Below are positions 40,140 to 43,564 of a stretch of 43,564 bases of DNA, piece after piece; position 1 is the first letter of the stretch, and each line of letters begins with the position of its first letter. A program made the translations under genes and the position numbers. Source of the stretch: Candidatus Zapsychrus exili. GTDB lineage: Bacteria; Omnitrophota; Gorgyraeia; Zapsychrales; Zapsychraceae. Where the stretch lies: assembly GCA_030765585.1 (NCBI GenBank), contig JAVCCJ010000058.1:1-43564 (forward strand), given 5' to 3'. Below the pieces are notes generated by a model, which searched no databases, had not been told where the DNA came from, and worked only from the letters and a program-made list of their open reading frames with translations.

Positions 40140-40919
40140 TTACTTTATTGCGTTTAAAAGTTCCTTTGTGTATTGTTGTTGTGGGTTGTTAAGCAATTCT
40201 ACAACGGACGCCTTCTCAACTATTTTACCTTCTTTCATTACAATTGCCTCGTCTGCCAAATGCTCAACCAATCCCAAATCATGTGTAATTAAAATAATTG
40301 AAAAATTAAGCTTTACTTTTAAATCTTTAAAGAGCTCAATAATTCTCGCCTGAAGAGTTACATCTAAATTACTTGTCGGCTCATCTGCTATTAATAGCTT
40401 TGGATTAGACGCAATTGCAACTGCTATCATCGCACGCTGACGCATTCCACCGCTTAACTGATGCGGATAATTTTTTGATACTCGCACTACATCTTCAATG
40501 CCAACTACATCAAGCAATTCTAAAACTCGTGCTTGTCTCTGTTTCTTATTTAAATTTGTGTGGTATTGCAGCACCTCATTAATTTGAAAACTTATTGTAA
40601 AAAGCGGGTTAAACGCATTTAACGGCTCTTGAAAAACCATCCCTATTTCTTTACCACGAATGTTTTGCATTTGTTTTAGCGAAAGTTTAAGGAGAGGTTG
40701 AGATTCGAACTCAAGGGTACCAGACTCTATTTTTAATGCATCTGAAAGCAAACGCAAAATAGACAACGCGCAAGTTGTTTTCCCTGAGCCAGACTCTCCA
40801 ACCAAAGCAGTAATAGTGTCTTTTTTAATATCAACACTGATATCGTCTAAGATGCGTCTTTTCTTATCTTTATCTTGTACAGAAACTATTAAATTTTTAA
40901 TGCTAATAATATTTTCCAT
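40140..40919 (-). CDS. oppD: oligopeptide ABC transporter ATPase (OppD-like)
   Basis: GESGSGKT, YPHQLSGGMRQR, IADEPT, ITHDL. Confidence 0.92.
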   Translation of the reverse strand: MENIISIKNLIVSVQDKDKKRRILDDISVDIKKDTITALVGESGSGKTTCALSILRLLSDALKIESGTLEFESQPLLKLSLKQMQNIRGKEIGMVFQEPLNAFNPLFTISFQINEVLQYHTNLNKKQRQARVLELLDVVGIEDVVRVSKNYPHQLSGGMRQRAMIAVAIASNPKLLIADEPTSNLDVTLQARIIELFKDLKVKLNFSIILITHDLGLVEHLADEAIVMKEGKIVEKASVVELLNNPQQQYTKELLNAIK

Positions 40920-40920
40920 C

Positions 40921-42015
40921 TTAACTTTTAGTTCCTTTCATTAATGGGTCAAGGCAATCTCGTAAAACATCACCTACTACATTGAAGCTCATGACGGTCA
41001 TAAAAATAAAGAAACCTGGCACCAAAACCCAAGGATGAAATTTAATGTGTGCAATTCCCATTGAGTCTGAGAGCATGTTTCCCCAACTAGCAATTGGATC
41101 TTGAATACCTAAGCCGATCAAACTAAGAGCTGCCTCACCTAAAATATAGCCCGGAATCGAAAGCATTATTGCAACAATCGAGTAGGACACTGTGTGAGGT
41201 AAAATATGTCTTACAATTATTTTAAAATCTGAAACACCAATGGCACGTGCCGCCAAAACATATTCACGCTCTCGTAAAGAAATTGCCATTCCTCGAATAA
41301 TACGCGCTAGTCCTGCCCAACCAATAAAAGACAAAATTACTACAATTGATAAATAAACTTGAAAAGAATTAAAATTGTCAGGTACCGCTGATCGAAGTGC
41401 CAACATCAAATAAAAACCTGGAACCATCATAAACATTTCACACACGCGCATTATGATATTATCAATCTTGCCGCCGTAATACCCAGCGATACCGCCGACA
41501 AGAAGCCCCAAAGTAAATGATATTGCAACGCCAATAAGTCCTATTGATAAAGATATCCTAGCGCCGTAAAGCAAGCGCGAGAAAAGATCGCGGCCCCTAG
41601 AGTCAGCTCCAAGCAAATACAATCTTCCAGGAGATTCAACTCCAAATAAACGTCTATTAATTGGAACAATACCTAAGAACTTGTGTTGATCAGATTTCAC
41701 AAATATCTTTAAAGAATACTTAACTTTTTTATCTTGCTCGTAAACACGCTTATGAAACTTATCAAAACTAAATGTTTGTCCGTAGACAAATGGCGGGTTA
41801 AGTTTTCCATCGTGCACAACGTGAATCTTAGTAGGCGGTGCATAAGAATGATTTCTATTTTCATCCGCGTAATGATAAGGAGACAGAAAATCTGCAGAGA
41901 ACGCAGAAGAATAAAGAACTATCAAAATCCAAAGGCAAATTAAACCTCTCTTTGATCTCTTAAACTCTCCTAAAGCGAGCTGAAACTGACTTAAATGTTT
42001 TGTTTTATTTTTCAT
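40921..42015 (-). CDS. oppC: oligopeptide ABC permease (OppC-like)
   Basis: LGADSRGRDLFSRLLYGARISL, EYVLAARAIG, HILP. Confidence 0.92.
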   Translation of the reverse strand: MKNKTKHLSQFQLALGEFKRSKRGLICLWILIVLYSSAFSADFLSPYHYADENRNHSYAPPTKIHVVHDGKLNPPFVYGQTFSFDKFHKRVYEQDKKVKYSLKIFVKSDQHKFLGIVPINRRLFGVESPGRLYLLGADSRGRDLFSRLLYGARISLSIGLIGVAISFTLGLLVGGIAGYYGGKIDNIIMRVCEMFMMVPGFYLMLALRSAVPDNFNSFQVYLSIVVILSFIGWAGLARIIRGMAISLREREYVLAARAIGVSDFKIIVRHILPHTVSYSIVAIMLSIPGYILGEAALSLIGLGIQDPIASWGNMLSDSMGIAHIKFHPWVLVPGFFIFMTVMSFNVVGDVLRDCLDPLMKGTKS

Positions 42016-42973
42016 AACGAATTCTTGGATCAGATGCTGCAAGCAAGCAATCTGATATTAAATTTCCTAATAAAAGTAAAGTACCTCCCATTAACATACT
42101 AGACATCACTAAATAAATATCTTTTGAACGAACAGCTGTTAACATCAGCGACCCTAACCCCGGCCAATTACAAATAATTTCAATGAGTGCCGCTCCTCCA
42201 AGCAAGCTTGAAAGCTCGTATCCAAAAAGTGTAATCAAAGGATTAATTGCGTTACGAAGCGCGTGGCGATAGTAAACAACATTTTCAGGTAGACCTTTAG
42301 CGCGTGCAGTTAAAATATATTGTTGTCTCAATGTTTCTAAAAAGTTTCCTCTCATAATTCGCTGCAACGCACAAATAGAACCTAGGGAAATAACAACTGT
42401 TGGTATTGCTAAATGTTTAAGTAAGTCAACAAACTTACCTATTGCTGAAAACTCTTGATAGTGTGCAGAATGCATTCCTCCTAAAGGCAAGACTCCGATT
42501 CTGCTAGCAGCATACAAAAGAAGAATTGCCAAAAAGAAGCTAGGAATTGACAATCCCGCAAAAGACATAAATGATAAAACTTTATCAACAAGCTTACCTC
42601 GTCGAACAGCTGCCCAAATTCCCAAAGGAATTGCAAACATCCAAGTCAAAAGCATACTTGATAGCGACAAGATAAAAGTATTTATCAGTCTAGTCTTTAG
42701 TATTCGAGATACTGGGACGTTGTAGAAAAACGAATATCCAAACTCGAGTTTAAATATATTCTTGACCCAAATAAAATACTGTACCAACATTGGTTTATCA
42801 AGACTGTAAAGTTCTTGATAGCGCTCTATTGTCTCGCTTGACACCTGAGGATCAAGTTTTAGCGAATCAAAGAAATTACCAGGTGTCATCTGCATCAATA
42901 CAAATGTCAAAAGTGACATTGCAAGTAGCAATGGAATGGCAATTAATATTCTTTTTAAAATATATTTAATCAT
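42005..42973 (-). CDS. oppB: oligopeptide ABC permease (OppB-like)
   Basis: YILKR, YILTARAKGL, HALRNA, WPGLG, DPRIR. Confidence 0.93.
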   Translation of the reverse strand: MIKYILKRILIAIPLLLAMSLLTFVLMQMTPGNFFDSLKLDPQVSSETIERYQELYSLDKPMLVQYFIWVKNIFKLEFGYSFFYNVPVSRILKTRLINTFILSLSSMLLTWMFAIPLGIWAAVRRGKLVDKVLSFMSFAGLSIPSFFLAILLLYAASRIGVLPLGGMHSAHYQEFSAIGKFVDLLKHLAIPTVVISLGSICALQRIMRGNFLETLRQQYILTARAKGLPENVVYYRHALRNAINPLITLFGYELSSLLGGAALIEIICNWPGLGSLMLTAVRSKDIYLVMSSMLMGGTLLLLGNLISDCLLAASDPRIRYEK

Positions 42974-42982
42974 TTTATTTCT

Positions 42983-43282
42983 CTGTCATTTCTGTATTCA
43001 TATTTTTCATCCCTACGTCCACATTTGTCATCCTTGGCGAAGGCACGTAAAGTCCCGTTGGGACCACGTCCCTTTACGGGCAGGGATCTCCGCTTTTTAT
43101 TAACTGTTTTCACGCCATTCTGAGATTCCTGTATTTTTGGCTCACGCCAAAAAAACTGGAATGACAGTAAAGAAGCGGGAATGGCAGAATCATTTTATTC
43201 TTTTGCCTTCATCGCTTCGCTCGCCACGGCGCAAGCCTTACGGATTTCGCTACGGCGAAGCAGAGCTCCTCGCAATGACAAA
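42983..43282. repeat. composite GTCAT-type palindromic elements with nested insertions
   Basis: Degenerate 21-bp units, TTGTCATCC..GCGAAGGCA[insert]GGCAGGGATCTC, GAGATTCCTG..GGAATGAC, CTCCTCGCAATGACA. Confidence 0.8.
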
Positions 43283-43291
43283 TCCTTTTTA

Positions 43292-43564
43292 TCACTTATC
43301 ATTAATCTTAATATAAATCTCCTCTAAATTATGAAATGCACCGCCGTAATTGGTTGGGTCGAGATTACCAAACTTATTTCTAACTGCAAAGATATTGCTA
43401 GACAAAACAGTGTAGATTAAAGGCAAGTTGTCTGAGACAATATACTGAAACTCATCATAAAACACTTTTCGTTTATCCTCATCTAACTCTTGAACAGCCA
43501 AATTAAATATTTCGTCAATCCGCCTCTCCCACTCTGTCGCGGGTTCTTTTTGCCCTGGGTTCCA
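43292..43564 (-). CDS. oppA: peptide ABC substrate-binding protein, C-terminal fragment (5'-truncated)
   Basis: ...WERRIDEIFNLAVQELDEDKRKVFYDEFQYIVSDNLPLIY; directly upstream of oppB. Confidence 0.85.
   Translation of the reverse strand, partial: WNPGQKEPATEWERRIDEIFNLAVQELDEDKRKVFYDEFQYIVSDNLPLIYTVLSSNIFAVRNKFGNLDPTNYGGAFHNLEEIYIKINDK

Noticed and set aside
1857..41943. Many short plus-strand ORFs in the track (e.g. 8772-9119, 18385-18702, 27220-27657)
   Set aside because: Antisense shadows of well-supported minus-strand genes with no motifs

Overview
AT-rich bacterial chromosomal core region with almost all genes on the minus strand. Gene content and repeat style suggest an uncultured anaerobe, possibly Ca. 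Omnitrophota (inference only). Reading the minus strand, it holds a partial oppABCDF-type ABC operon, a nitroreductase, two tandem multi-TM/TPR paralogs, glgC, acyl-CoA dehydrogenase-etfB-etfA, a small HTH gene plus smc, cvpA-nif3-dnaG-rpoD, tRNA-Ile2(CAT)-zinc ribbon-rnhA-rnpB, yebC-ruvC-ruvA-scpB-pheA-hisC-aroF-tyrA-cmk-lepA-lepB-pgsA-plsY, lipoproteins, and a zinc peptidase plus ATP-grasp pair. A GAF-GGDEF gene and a small membrane protein gene lie on the plus strand. The most notable observations are: (1) an unannotated 57-aa Xis/BldC-like HTH gene heads smc and is preceded by a 10-bp-phased direct-repeat array over a sigma70 promoter, and this SMC lacks a canonical hinge; (2) a palindromic REP-like element is inserted in frame in oppF and has nested micro-insertions; (3) the RNase H ORF runs 70 nt into the RNase P RNA gene, which appears to lack P13/P14; (4) ruvB, scpA and aroA are absent from their usual operon positions.
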